A stretch of 63,732 bases of DNA, filler included, from Octopus bimaculoides (taxonomy: Eukaryota): assembly GCF_001194135.2 (NCBI RefSeq). It is 5 parts of 4 records of this genome, joined end to end, with 100 filler letters (N's around TTAATTAATTAA, not from the genome) between each part and the next. Parts side by side here need not be neighbours in the genome. Positions count along the whole stretch, not along the records: positions 1 to 25,709 come from NC_068984.1; 4 more parts are not named here. One strand, written 5' to 3'. The notes under the pieces are model-generated. The model ran no database searches. It saw only the letters and a program-made list of their open reading frames with translations, and was not told the origin of the DNA. Positions 12,417-25,471 of the stretch are shown piece after piece. Positions within the stretch are counted from its first letter, which is position 1. Every line of letters begins with the position of its first letter. A program made the translations under genes and the position numbers.

Positions 12417-14622
12417 GTGTCAGACAAAGAAACAGATGAGTCTTGCATTGATAAAAAATCAGAAGATATTATATGCTCTTTGCCACGTAAATCTGAAGAC
12501 TGGACTGTTATAGCAAATAATCTTGCTTTAGAAAGAGATTATGAAAGTAGAGTAGCTGCAGTTACTTGTCAACAGAGCACACGTGTAAAGCAACCTTCAA
12601 GTAGAGTATCTAAAGACCAAACTCAAGAAAAGCAGGTTTCTGTAAAAACACTTTCCAAGAATCAAGATAAATTGCAAAAATTATTAGAACCAGATGAACA
12701 GGAAACTAGAGTAACTGCACTCCATTGTCAACAGAGCACATATGTAAAGCAACCATTAAGTAGCGTACCTGAAGACGAAACTCAAGAAGAGGAGACTTTT
12801 GTAGAAACACTTTCTAAGGATCACTATAAACTGCAAAAATTATTAGAACGTGATGAACACAAAACTAGTGTAATTTCACTATATTGTCAACAGAGCACAT
12901 ATGTAAAGCAACCATTGAGTAGCGTTCCTGAAGACGAAACTCAAGAAGAAGAGACTTTGGTAGAAAAACTTCCTAAGGATCAAGATGAATTTCAAAAATT
13001 ATCAGAACTAGATGAACAAGAAACTAGAGTAACTGCAATCTCTTATCAACAGAGCACATGTATAAAGCAACCTTTAAGTAGTGTACCTGAAAACGAAACT
13101 CAAGAAGATCAGACTTTTGTAGAAACACTTTCTAAGGATCAAGATACTCTGCAAAAATTATCAGAACAAGAGGAACACGAAACTAGAATAACTGCACTCT
13201 CTTATCAACAAAGTGGACCTGAAAACGAAACTCAAGAAGATCAGACTTTTGTAGAAACACTTTCTAAGGATCAAGATACTCTGCAAAAATTATCAGAACT
13301 AGAGGAACACGAAACTAGAATAACTGCACTCTCTTATCAACAAAGTGTACCAGAAAACAAAACTCAAGAAGATCAGACTTTTGTAGAAACACTTTCTAAG
13401 GATCAAGATACTCTGCAAAAATTATTAGAACCAGATAATCAGTTGAAAACTATTGATAGCTCTGCTGAAAATCATCTGGAAGAATTTATAGAAGATGCAA
13501 GACTAGTAGGGTCAGCACAATCTGAGCAGAAGATCAAATCTGAAGAATTCTCTGAAGAAGTTTGTGTAAACAACTTTGACACTGTGGAAGAAAATGAAAT
13601 AAAGAAAGGTCAGCCAAGTGTTGAAGAAGAAGATTCTATAAAGATTGTTGAGAAAGAGCACCAAGGTGAAACATCAGAGTTTTCCACTGAAAGTGTAATA
13701 TTGAAAGAGAAACATTTGAGTGTTGAGTATTCTTCTGAACCCAGTGGGAAAACTGTCTTGCCATTATTAAACGAAGAGTTGTCTGTGACTGATGCTACTT
13801 CAAACTCATTTTCTGAATGTAACTGGCCCCAACTATTACCATTGAATCAAGAGATAAGTTCAGAAACAACCAATTCTTTGTCAAAAATGTCTTCTAAATT
13901 GTCAGACAATCAAATAAAATGCAATGAAAATAAGCAAGATATGGATAATACTCCGGCATTTTTAAACCTTGATAACTTATGTGATAATTCTGATAAAGCC
14001 AAAGTTGATTCAACACATGAATCCAAAACAGAGACAAATGACGCAACTTTACATTTACCTTGTGATGACATTGAAAAGCCTATCAGTTCTTTAAACGAAT
14101 GCATCAGTTTACTCACTAACTTAGATAGTACATTGGCCAACAAACGAGAAGAAAGTCCTGCCAGTGATGAACTGATTGACACTTTAGTTTATGAACCTGA
14201 TGTTGATGATGAGGAAGAGGAAGAAAATGTAGAAACCATAACCAGTTCCTTAGAAGAAGCAAAAAGTACAACAGCTTCATCAACTGTTGAAATCAAGAAG
14301 GAATCTGAAGAAATTTTGAATGAAGTTAAATTAAATAACACTGAACTGAAACCAGCTCCAGACGTTCTACCTGACAGTATTTCGTCTGTGCCAGAAACAA
14401 TAAAAAGTACTGATTCTTCCTCTAAAGATGATGAAAAGACAGGAAATAGTAGTAGTACAGTTAAGAAGAAAAATAAGAAGAATAAAAGCACTGAAAATCA
14501 TTCAACAGGAAATCAAAGTGTCAATCATCAAAGCACTGTTGCAGTGAAATCTGAAAAGCCAACTGAAAATATATCAAAACCACATAGCACAAAGAACAAA
14601 AAGAAAGAGGATAAAACTTCTG
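12417..14622 (+). CDS. TXLN: Taxilin-family gene, giant internal exon (acidic/Ser-rich, tandem repeats)
   Basis: Open frame of 735 codons from acceptor TTAG|GTG to donor TCTG|GTATGT (phase 1); ends KNKKKEDKTS and joins in phase to the taxilin exon at 24080. Confidence 0.8.
12530..13437 (+). repeat. Coding tandem repeat: 4 units of ~53 aa (159 bp) + 2 units of 44 aa (132 bp)
   Basis: E(Q/H)ETR(V/I)TALSxQQS[TxVKQPLSS]VPEnETQEdxTFVETLSKDQDxLQKLxE; the last two units lack 9 aa. Confidence 0.95.
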
Positions 14623-14729
14623 GTATGTATATTTACGTGTGTATGATGGCATACACTTTTATTGGTTTCAGTCATTGAATTAGAGCATTGCCTTGAAAAA
14701 TTTAATCAATTAAGTTGACCCCAGTACTT

Positions 14730-15085
14730 ATTTTTACTTAAAGTTTGGTGTCTTCTCTGTCTATTTTTATTTTGCTGGACCACAAAGGTACTTGGATGTA
14801 AACCATCAAATATCTTTGTGAGTGCTGTCACTAAAGACAAGGTGTGAAGACACTCACACACACACTTGTACATGCACACACACACACACTTGTACATGCA
14901 CACACACGCACACTTGTACATGCACACACACTCAGTAGTTTCTACACAGTTCCCTTCCACCAAATTCATTCACATGGCATTGGTTAGTCCAGGACTTTTG
15001 TAGAAGAAACTTGCTCAAGGTCCTGTGCTGTGGGACTGAATCCAAACCACGTAGTTTTGAAGCAGGCTTTTTAACCATGAGCCAA
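14730..15085 (-). mobile_element. SINE family A, old copy
   Basis: Degenerate head and tail around a (CA)n-rich centre. Confidence 0.65.
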
Positions 15086-15374
15086 TATCAAATAATAAAA
15101 TGGATCTTGGTCAGCATATTCAGTTGTTTGATCAGCTGGACTACCAAGTGCATTGAAGCAGCCTATAAGTGGATGAGTCTTTCACAGCTATATGTATCTT
15201 TGCCATAAATTCTTAGGCAGAGCAGGAAACAGTGTGACAAAGTTGGACCTTTTGGGTTAGAGGTTCACTTCTTTTTATGGGTTTTGACATAAGTTCAGTT
15301 CACCCAGTTTCACTCTTAAAACTTGTATTGAATGGGGGCTACAGTAAATGATACTTAGCCAAAATGATATACAG

Positions 15375-15720
15375 AAAGTGTAATATTGAAAGAAAAACAT
15401 TTGAGTGTTGAATTTTCTTCTGAATTGAGTGGGAAAACTGTCTTGCCATTATTAAATGAAGATCTGTCTGTGACTAATGTTACTTTGCACTCATTTTCTG
15501 AACATAACTGTTCCCAACTGTTACCATTAAATCAAGAGATAAATTTAGAAATAAAGATGTCTTCTAAATTGTCAGACAATCAAATCAAATAAAATGCAGT
15601 GAAAATAAGCAAGATATAGATAAAACTCCAGCATTTTTAAACCTTGATAACTTATGTGATAATTCTAATAAAGTTAAAGTTCATTCAACACATGAATCCG
15701 AAACAGAGTCAAATAATGCA
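15375..15720 (+). pseudogene. Intronic duplicate of part of the taxilin giant exon (~13690-14045)
   Basis: Directly alignable (SVILKEKHLSVE..SGKTVLPLLNE..SSKLSDNQIK); has an in-frame deletion and a stop at 15590-92. Confidence 0.9.
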
Positions 15721-17149
15721 AGCTTCTTAACAATTCAACCATACCACATCAAGTGTATTTTTACATCACTTTAGTTATTTAACCTCAGTTCAGCCATGAC
15801 CCAGTAGACCTATATCCAATGGTCTAATGATTGTGATTGTCATTGTCTCTCTAAGATTACAGTTTCAAATGTTTTCTCACTTTTTGAAATGTTACAGCAT
15901 GATTTGAAGGATATCTGACAGATCAAAAGCTCGTGTAGAAGCACCTTTGTTAGCTTGAATAACATATTTATATGATAGATGTAAATCATACTTACAGATT
16001 GAGTATTGAACAACTGACTCATGGGTTAGGATTAAAATCACTGCAAGCATTTTGCTGCAATTTTGAGCGTGTGCGCGCATGCACACACACACACACACCC
16101 TTGTCTGTCCATGGAACCATGGAAAAGTAGACATTAAAGCAATGATAGTATATATGGATATGTGTATATGTATAGTTTCAGCAGATATATTGTCATTTAA
16201 TGTCTGTTTTCCACAGTTTGAGAGAATCTGATGAGTTCAAAGACTGCATTGTGCTCCAATGCTTTGGCATGGTTTCAATGGCTGGATTCCTTTCCTTTTC
16301 TCAACTACTTAGTAAACTTAGTGCTTTTTCATGGCACAAACACAAATGATGTCATCATGCAATTTGCAAGAGTAAAGGCCTAAAGGGAGCCTGAAGTAGA
16401 ATAGAAGAGAGTGTGATGATTGTTGGTGGGGTGATGAGAGAAGGTAAAGTATGATGAGAGGAATAGGTTGGTAGTTGTGAGAGGGTAATAATGGAGAGAG
16501 TAACAGTAGGCACTATTGGGGGAGTGAGTATGGAAAGGACAGGAGGTAGGGAAAGGATTAGTCAGAGTTTAGTGAGAGAAGAAGGGTCAGGATGGTGAGG
16601 TGGGTTGTGCTGGTGGTTCCAAGGCTTCTATCCAAGTTTGCATGGAGGGAAAGAAAACATTAAAGAGAGAAATAGATGGTGGGTAGCAAGGATCTGGGGA
16701 GAGTCATTGTAGATAAGAGAGAGAGAGAGAGATGAGTGGGTATTGAGGAGGCAGAGAAGCTGTGGGAAGAGGACAGTGAGAGGAAACAAGGCAGAAAATG
16801 GAAGAGCACTGGGCGAGTGTATTGAGAGTAGAGAAGGGGAAAGAGAGGCTGGAAAGTATGATAGAGGTTGTTGGGGAAAAATTCAGTATGAATGCAGAGA
16901 AAGCACCCCAGGTAGTTGGCAGTGGCTGTGGAGAAGAGGATGGTGAAAAAATGAGATAGGGAGGAGCAGTAGGTGAATGCAATGAGAGAAAGAAAGGTTG
17001 GATGTAGAGAGGGGGAAGCCTAGCTGTGGGTGGAAGGGAACAGAGTGAATGTAATGACTAAGAAGAGGTTGGAGTAGGAGCAAAGGACAGAAGCAGTGAA
17101 AGTATCCATGATTAGGAGGCTGAAGATAAAGGACAGTGAAGGGAAAGAG

Positions 17150-19240
17150 CTGTGGTTGAATGCAGCAAGTGCATCCCATGTGAACACTCCTTGTTTGCTT
17201 TCTTCCTGTCATGCTTGCTCAAGAGAGCAGGTTTTCACCAGTTATTGCAGTCACCTGTCATCTCTTTTGTGAGGTTCAGCATTTTGGGATCAGTTTTCTG
17301 TACTTCATCTGTTTTTCTAGGTCTTCCTTTTCCATGGGCACCATCCACTTTGTGCCCTCAGTATTGTTTTATGCAGCTGTTGTCAGCCATATGCATCATA
17401 TGCCCATAACCAATGCAACCATCTCTTTTGCGAACTTCATCTGATTCCTCTTAAACACTACTTTTCTCTCAGTTCATTTGCATTGCATTGCTCCTGCACA
17501 CTGATGTTACACATCTTGCAAAATTTTTCTTTCAATTGTTTGCAAATTCTCTACATTCAGGGCCTAGGTCTCACTATCATGCATTGAGGTCTGATTCCTC
17601 CCTAACATACTTGTGTGCCTGACATATACAAAATCTGCCTTTGCTGGTAGCCTGTCTGTGGCCCCACTATACCTCTTATGTATCTATTTTTTATGCTGGG
17701 TACACTGTATGGAGTTTCTTTCTACTCTTTTTCTGTATACCAAGCATTTCCCTTACAGTATCTGCATCTTGGCTTCCTTTCTACTTAGTATAATTTCAGT
17801 TACAGCTAAGTTTACTTTAAGGTCCTGGTCACAGAAGTTCTCACAGACTTAAATTCTTCTGTTATGACTTGGAGGACAATAATAAAAACTAGGACTGAGT
17901 CCTAATGAGCTCCTACCTGTATGCTAAATTCATTGCTGTATTCATTGTTAACTCTCATCTTACTGACTACTCCGTTCTACATAGCTTGTGCTGCCCCTAC
18001 TAGCCATGCATCTCCCTCTAGCATCCTTAGACCCACTAAATAATAGTGAGGAATTCTGCTGAAGGCTTTCTCCAGGTTTACAAATTCTAAGTTTAGAGGC
18101 AGACTTCTAGCCAAGTATTTCTTTTGCAGTTGTCTCACTAGTAAGTTCGCATGACTAGTATATCTTCCTAGCGTAGACAAAGCTAAACTACATCTCATCT
18201 AGGGTAATCCTGTTCTGAATCAGTTTTGCAATTACTTTCTATAACTTTCATGACCTGGTCTGACAGTTTGATTCTGCTGCAGTTTCCTCTCTCAAGTGCA
18301 TCCCCTTTGCTTTTGTTGCAGTTTGCAATAATGTTACAAGGTATTGTGTATGATACCTTCTTGCATTACTTGATTGATTATTTGAATGACTAAACCATAT
18401 CTTATTTTGTCAGATATTTTAAGCATCTCAGCAACTATTTCTGATGAGTCAGTTGCTTTCCCTACCTTCATATCTGTTTTTGCTCTATCTACCATGCAGC
18501 TGTCAACCTGAATGGCTAGCCACCCAGTGGAGTCTACTTGGGGTAGTCTCCTTCTCTCTCATTCATTCTTCACATTCAACAGCTTTTCACAGTAGTACTT
18601 CCATGCCTCTTTCTTTTTAATGTCAGTGACAGTGTGTGCCTTGTCTTGTTATTATGAACAATCTGTATTTTTGATCCTCGTGCCACAGAACCTATGCAAA
18701 CTTTCTTTCTACCTCTTCCCTTAAGTATATTTGATGTTTAGCTTTTCTTCTAGCTATAAATATATTTTTCCTTGCCATCTCTTTCTTCCAGTCTGCTCAG
18801 CATTTACAACTATTTGTCTATCTCATTTTCTGGTGAGAATGAAGGCTGTCTCTCTTTTGCATTTGCCAGATTGTTAGATAATCACATAGCTGGCTGGTTT
18901 CCTGAAGTTAGTGTTGCAATTGTTTAGGTTATTTGCATCACAGAACTCCAGGAGCTTTGATCCCTTCTCATTTCTCATACCATACCCAATGCGTCCATGT
19001 ACATTTTGGAAGCTATCCTGGTGTTATTCAACATGTCTGTTGACGTCACAAACTTCAATAATGAGATTGCTCTCATCCCATTGCTAATATTATACCTACT
19101 CCATTCACTCCATTGCTGTTACCAGCCTAGACCAATCCATGTTGTTTTTTCTTGCTTTTGAGGAGTTTGGCTGATGTCTCCTTCCATCTCTTGTGCACAT
19201 TATACACCAATCTGTTTTCACTCCAGTATCTCCACAGCAG
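17150..19240 (-). mobile_element. Degenerate RTE-clade LINE (APE to RT C-terminus)
   Basis: Fragments such as GVGIILA, VNLEKAFSRIP and GHMMHM..GKGRPRKT across many stops; a purine-rich tract continues to ~16150. Confidence 0.75.
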
Positions 19241-19254
19241 TGTTGCACAGTTTC

Positions 19255-19525
19255 GTATTTATCTGTCATTGCAACAGAATAAATATTTGTGAAGCAAAAA
19301 TCGTAAGGATTACTTTCTACAATCACTTGGTTAAAATCCATACAATAACAAAAACTGGCAAGTTTTGAAGCTAGCAAATTTTGTGGTAATTCGCCACTGC
19401 ACTGCTTTTTGTACATTTGTCCCTCTCTAGTATTTTTTATTTGTCCTAACTTCTTTAATTGAACATTTAATAACATGTCCAAATGGCTTCACAAATATTT
19501 ATTCCTTAATTTATCGTTGCTTCGT
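19255..19525. repeat. ~270-bp repeat, left arm of an inverted pair
   Basis: Reverse-complement match to 21072-21355. Confidence 0.85.
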
Positions 19526-19699
19526 GGAAGGAACTTGTGGAAAGGGTAGATTCAGGAAGATGTGGGACAAAGTAGTGAAAAAGGATCTTCAGATGCTAGG
19601 CCACGCTGCGCAGGGACTGGGAATTGTGGCAATTTGTTGTACTTGAGAAGATGCATCAAGCTTAGTAAAATCACAGTCATCGACACATTTCGGTGTCTT

Positions 19700-19930
19700 T
19701 TGCAGGTGCTGGTGCCATATAAAATGCACTCGTGCTGTGTAAATGCATCCCTGCTGGTGGCACGTAAAATGTACCCAGCACACTTTGTAAAGTGGTTGGG
19801 GTTAGGAAGGGTGTAGAAACCATGCTAAAACAGACATTTGGAGTCTGGATAGCTCTCCAATTGGCCAGTTCCTGTCAAATTATCCAACACATGCCAATGT
19901 GGAAAACAGACATTAAACGATGATGATGTA
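19700..19930 (+). mobile_element. RTE 3'UTR-type repeat (family C here), ending in (GAT)n
   Basis: GGTGGCACGTAAAA..GGTTGGGGTTAGGAAGGG..CATTAAACGATGATGAT. Confidence 0.75.
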
Positions 19931-20843
19931 ATGGCAGTTAAATTTGTGCATCATTGTTGTCTGTAGACATAAAAACAGAAAAAAGTTAACACTAGAAACT
20001 ATAGCAGGAGAGTTATGGAGATTCACTGTTGGACAATAAGTTGTAGATATTGGAAGAGTTCTTTGTTTTCAACCAACAACTGTTTGAACAATTTGTAATA
20101 ATTCATGTGCTCAAAGTGTTGCACCATTAGCTGCTACAAAATTAACTTGGAATAGAAGCCACATACTTGAAAATCTGGATAAGATTTTAAACATATTGAT
20201 AGGGGATATGCATCAGCATAATTCTCCATGTTTCCTACATGCCATACAAAGCTTTGATGACCTAAAGACAACATAAAGTTCAAGTTGTGCAAGTGAAAAC
20301 TTTATGTCAAGGCATGGCTGGTTTGAGCATTTTGTGAATCACTTGAAATTGTATCACATATGATAACAGGAGAGTCTGCAAGATTCTCTTGTTATCTGTA
20401 TGGAAAAGCTGCAGTTGCTTCTCTAGCTTTACTGAAAAATATTATTGTGAAGGAGGATACACTCAATAGTAAATTTGTTAATGTAGGTGAGTCAGGTTTG
20501 TTTTGGAAATGATTGCCAAAATGAATTTACATTTCTCAAAGCAGAAAAATCTGTATCAGGTTTCAAAGCTGCCAAAGATTGTATGATTCTTCTGTTTGGT
20601 AGTAATACTTAAGAAGATCTAAAACTGAAGCCACTGGTTGCGTGTTATTCTGAGGTAGCTGTAGCTATGAAAGGATACTTTAAATAAACATGTTTGATGG
20701 TGATCAGAGAAATATGAGACTGCCAAACAGCATTCTTATATTGATTTTGTCCAGTTGTCAAAGGATATTGTCAAAGTAGAGACCTTAAAAATGTAGCTTT
20801 GCTTCTTGTGGATAATGCCTCAGGTCACCTGTGTAACTTAGTT

Positions 20844-21065
20844 CAGTGTTTCTTAACCATTTTTTACCTATGGACCCCCTTGATTCCTATTGTACTTGGA
20901 TGTACCCTCATAGCCTTTTGATGTTTTAAAAGATCCTATCATTGTTTTTATAATTAAATATTATTAGGAATTGCATAAAAAATTAAATTATTTGTCTATT
21001 GTAGAATAGTAATCAATTTATTGCACATAAATTTTAACAACAAAATTTTATGTTGAGAACCACTG
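20844..21065. mobile_element. hAT-type MITE
   Basis: CAGTGTTTCTTAAC / GTTGAGAACCACTG termini; 8-bp TSD ACTTAGTT / ACTTAGAT (7/8). Confidence 0.8.
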
Positions 21066-21071
21066 ACTTAG

Positions 21072-21355
21072 ATGAATGCAATGATAAATTAAGGAATAAC
21101 TATTTGTGAAGCCACTTGGACATGTTATTAAATGTTTAATTATAAGAGGTTAGGACAAATAAAAAATACTAGAGAGAGACAAATGTACATATAGCAGTGC
21201 AGGGGTGAATTACTACAAAATTTGCCAGATTCAAAACTCGCCAGTTTTTGTTATTGTATAGATTTTAACTGAGTGGTTGTAGAAAATGATCCTTATGATT
21301 TTTGCTTCACAAATATTTATTCTTTGATACATCCCTGTTGCAATAGCAGATAATG
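21072..21355. repeat. ~270-bp repeat, right arm of the inverted pair
   Basis: Lies between the DNASGH and VFLPPN motifs of the Tigger remnant. Confidence 0.85.
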
Positions 21356-22259
21356 TTCTTGTAGTTTTCCTGCCTCCAAACTGAACTAACTTGATTTACC
21401 CTATGGACCATAAAGTTATTGCTGCATTTAAAACTTAGCTATTTAGGGTGCATCTTTTAAAGAATTGATCAAATTCTTAGAGGGTGAAACTAAGTCAGGA
21501 ATAACAGGATTTTGGTCTGGTCTTTGAAAATTTGACAGCAGCATAGTAACAAGTTAAAAACAGCAATGAATCATGTCTGGAGTAAAATTTATCCAACCTG
21601 TACTGCAAACTTCCTGAGTAATGAAGAGACAATACATAATGCTAATCAGAAGATTGTTGGGTTGGCATATCTGGTTGGATTTAAAGAAGAAATATCTAAT
21701 GAGGACCTCATGGAGAAGGAACAGCATCATGCAGAAGATGATTGCAAGTGTGAGGATGTAGAACCACCATGAATTTTTATGACTCAAGTTTTGATAAAAC
21801 TATGGCTCTTTACATTGAGAGAGATCCTCAGAGAGAAGTGAAAATAAAAAGCAAAGAGTAGATACAAATGCTACAAGGAATTTATATGAACAGTAAAAAA
21901 TGCATAGCAACAAACCTTAGACATATTTCTAAGTAAATAATTATTTGACTGATACTTATTAATCTTTCTTAAATCTATTTCTAACACACATATATTTCAA
22001 TGTTTAATACAAAAAGTGTTTTGAGTGTTTGTTTGTTGATGTTTTTATGACTAGAAGTATGCCATAAGAATATATTGTTGGAATGTAACTTGTTTGTATT
22101 GTTGAATCTTTTGTAAAATTGGTTTTATTTTACATTCTTTCACTTGTAATAAAACTTCTCAAAATCCTGCACACACCATTTAGGACAGGCTTTGTTATGT
22201 ATATATTTATGTATATTTGAGTGTGTGTGTGTATGTATGTATGTATGTAGATATATATG

Positions 22260-22295
<36 letters not shown>

Positions 22296-22296
<1 letters not shown>

Positions 22297-22710
22297 AGGT
22301 CACAAAAGTGACAGAGGGTACTGACTAGCACCGCTTTTGCTAAAGATAAGAGTTAAAATAACTCAAAAGCCACAAAATTACTGTCTTGATGACTGACGAA
22401 GGAAGGTAAGTCCCCAGCATACATATCCAGATCGCAATTTTGATTTAGACCATCTTAATCCTCATCAGCGGCTCTTAACGCCTAGGATTAAACTCAACTG
22501 CTTCTGTCAGTCTTATAAGAAGAACCATTGAAAATGTGTGCTGATTTTCAAAATGGTAAAAGTGTAAACAAAAAATTAAAAAAGGTGGGTTATTAGCAAT
22601 TAGAACCTAAAGGCAAAATTAATAGAGGTCACAAAAGTGACAGAAGGTACTGATTACCACTGCTTTTGTTAAAGACAAGAGTTAAAAGTTACAAAATTAC
22701 TGTCTTAATG
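22296..22710. repeat. ~90-bp direct repeats (22296-22391, 22625-22710) flanking ~230 bp; possible Penelope pseudo-LTR debris
   Basis: GAGGTCACAAAAGTGACAGA..CAAAATTACTGTCTT occurs twice; the Penelope assignment is inference. Confidence 0.55.
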
Positions 22711-23439
22711 CACCACACTGCAACATTTATTTCTGAATCTAAAGTTAAATAGAGCAACTGGCAAACCTGAATCAATTTATCAAATACATTATATGTTTTC
22801 AAAATGCTTCTTGAAAATGAAGATGAGTGTTGGAAAAAATGCTATGCATAATGTCAAAGATTTCTGTTACAATTCTCTCCTTGCTGAAGCTGCAAACTGC
22901 TTTCATGTTAAAGATTCAACTCACTCATAGCAAACTCACCCCCACTAAGGAATTAGCTGGAAAAAGGGTCCCTTAAAAAGCTTATGTTGGGATGCTTGGC
23001 TAGTCTATCATGTTAAGGGGTGGACAGTCTTCATAACGCTAAATGGACATGACCATCATGTGATGGGCTAAGATGGGTATCCAAAAGCAAAGGGGCACAA
23101 TGTGGATAGTGGATAGCTAAAGGTAAAGAGCGAACATGCTTCTGCTACACATAGTTCAAATTTACAGAAAACTGAAGATGAAGACAGGTGTATGAACAAC
23201 AAGCTGGTGTATTAGTTTGATGCTGGGAAAAAATGGGAAAGTCTTTTACTTTTTGAGCCTATGCTCTTTGACAAAGGATTAATGGAGAGAGAAAAAATGT
23301 GCAGAGTTCACTGGTCCAACAATATATATATATAATAATAATAATAATAATAAAGGAGAAAGTCTTAAAAAATGTTGTAAGTGGCCAGCATATGAAAATA
23401 GACCTATTAAGGTGAAATCATATATATAATTATAATTAA

Positions 23440-23623
23440 GGGCATAGAAGAAAACTAGCCTATATGCTGAAAAGAGACGCTAAATCTTCCAACCCTTTTA
23501 AATTGTTACAAAATTAGACACGTATTGAAATTGATTTCAACATGTCATTTTGTGATGATTTAAAGTGGTTGGACAATTTTAGTGTCTCTTTTCAGCATAA
23601 AGGCTAGATTTTTTTCTATGCCC
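23440..23623. mobile_element. MITE with ~45-bp TIRs, TTAA flanks and GG termini (Kolobok-like)
   Basis: TTAA|GGGCATAGAAGAAAACTAGCC..GCTGAAAAGAGAC versus its reverse complement ending CTATGCCC|TTAA. Confidence 0.75.
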
Positions 23624-23727
23624 TTAATTATCTATATATATGGATTCTCCTGTTGTTAGATAATGTATAAGAGTTTTGCAACTTCTTGCTGCACAACCAC
23701 ACAAATGATTTGCTTATAGTGACCAAA

Positions 23728-23791
<64 letters not shown>

Positions 23792-24079
23792 TATATATAT
23801 AGATATGTGCTTACATATATTTTTTTTGTAATTTTCGTGGCTAGATCTTCATTTTTCATTCTCTTGCCAATATTGTTACTACTTGTTGAATATTTAAAAG
23901 AACTTATTTTATTAACTAATTTGTATGGTATCTTTTGTAATTCAATACACCCGCCAACTTAACTGATCCAATTAACATTTCTTAATGTATTTAACTAGAT
24001 TTGAATTATCAAAAATCATGTTGTTCTCTTATGTTATATTTGTGTTTATATATTTTATTGCAAAAAATTTTCTTTTAAG

Positions 24080-24219
24080 ATCATGTCTTGAAATCCTTAA
24101 GCAATATACCAACAGCTGAAGGAAAATTATCAGCACTTTCTAAGAAATACACTACCATGAGTGAAGAAAATCGAACCCTAATTACTAATCAGAGAGTGAT
24201 AGAAAGAAAACTCTTGGTG
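24080..24219 (+). CDS. TXLN: Taxilin coiled-coil domain, first exon
   Basis: (D)HVLKSLSNIPTAEGKLSALSKKYTTMSEENR resembles alpha-taxilin LMQTLNTLSTPEEKLAALCKKYAELLEEHR; acceptor TTTTAAG, donor GTAGGT, phase consistent. Confidence 0.85.
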
Positions 24220-25471
24220 GTAGGTTTCTACATGATTTCTATTTCATTGTCATTTTATTTCTATTTTTTCATGCTTGCTTTAGTTTGGACAGAGGTCTTT
24301 GTCGTCATCATAGCATATTGCCATCTGCTGTGGTTCATCATCATTTCTTAGCATTTTGTGATCAGATTTCACCACCTCTTCCTTTACATTTTTCTTCTGC
24401 AGGTTTCTTTCCTTGGATCACCTGACACTTCTTTAACTGACCGTTAACCTTCATACACATCACTTGCCAACATCGGCACATTCTTCTTTCTTGCACACAA
24501 CAGTTGATTCCTCTTATTCCCAGTTTTTCTCTCAACTCATTTCATTCATGTACACCAACATTACATGTCAAACAGAGCATGCTCATCTTGTTTCTTTCCC
24601 GCCTCTGCTCATCCTCCACTTTCAATTCTTCTGTCTTATTACCATTCAGTATCATACTTATTACACAAGCTTTATGTAATCAGCCATTCACTTGGAGAAA
24701 AAAATCCTTTTATCATTATCAGAAATATTTCCTGATCTTTTTCCATTATTTTCTTTACTTTGGCTATTATACCTTGCAACACTCACCTTCACTGTTTATT
24801 AGATAACCTAGCTAACAGAAGCAGTTAACTATTTCCAGGTGCACTTACTACTAACTACTTTTGTGCATCTGTTATATACAAAATCCTTCTCTTTCAAACT
24901 ATCCATGATCCTATTGCATCTTTTATGAAACTTTTACGATGGAAAAGTCTTCGTTGATTTTACTAAAGAATCATGTGTATCATTGTATAATATATTTTGC
25001 ATGTTCATTCATAGAAGCAACAAAAGAAACCAACTTTAAAATAACAGTGGGACTTTATTCCTTCGTAAAGTGGTTCAGAGGATCAAAGCAAGACATTACA
25101 AATTCTGTTGGATGTTGTTCATCGTTTTGATAATTTTCAGCTTGGATCAGCATTGGTTACATGGGCTCCGTTACATATTAACTCTCCTCTGAAAATGACA
25201 GGAGCTGCATAACTTGCCTGAATAAAAAACTCTTGCCCTTCTGACTCGTAAATAATTTGTCGCACCAATTTATGGAAAAAGGAGGCTCCAGAACACATGC
25301 AGGTTTAGTTGTTTGAAATATATTACATGCAATGTGATTGGACCTCTATCCAATTCCCGCACAACACTCAACACCGGGTTCAATAAATGTCCAATAATTC
25401 ATATGATAGGTATTTTAACAGATCACAACAGATTAGTGGACGTTAAACGATGATGATGATGATGATGATAT

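Larger units (their letters stand above)
20290..21900 (+). mobile_element. Tigger/pogo transposase remnant with nested insertions
   Basis: GWFEHF (CENP-B HTH), NV.ESGLFWK, GFKAAKD, LLVDNASGH and VFLPPN..PMD (DDE domain) with stops and frameshifts. Confidence 0.85.
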
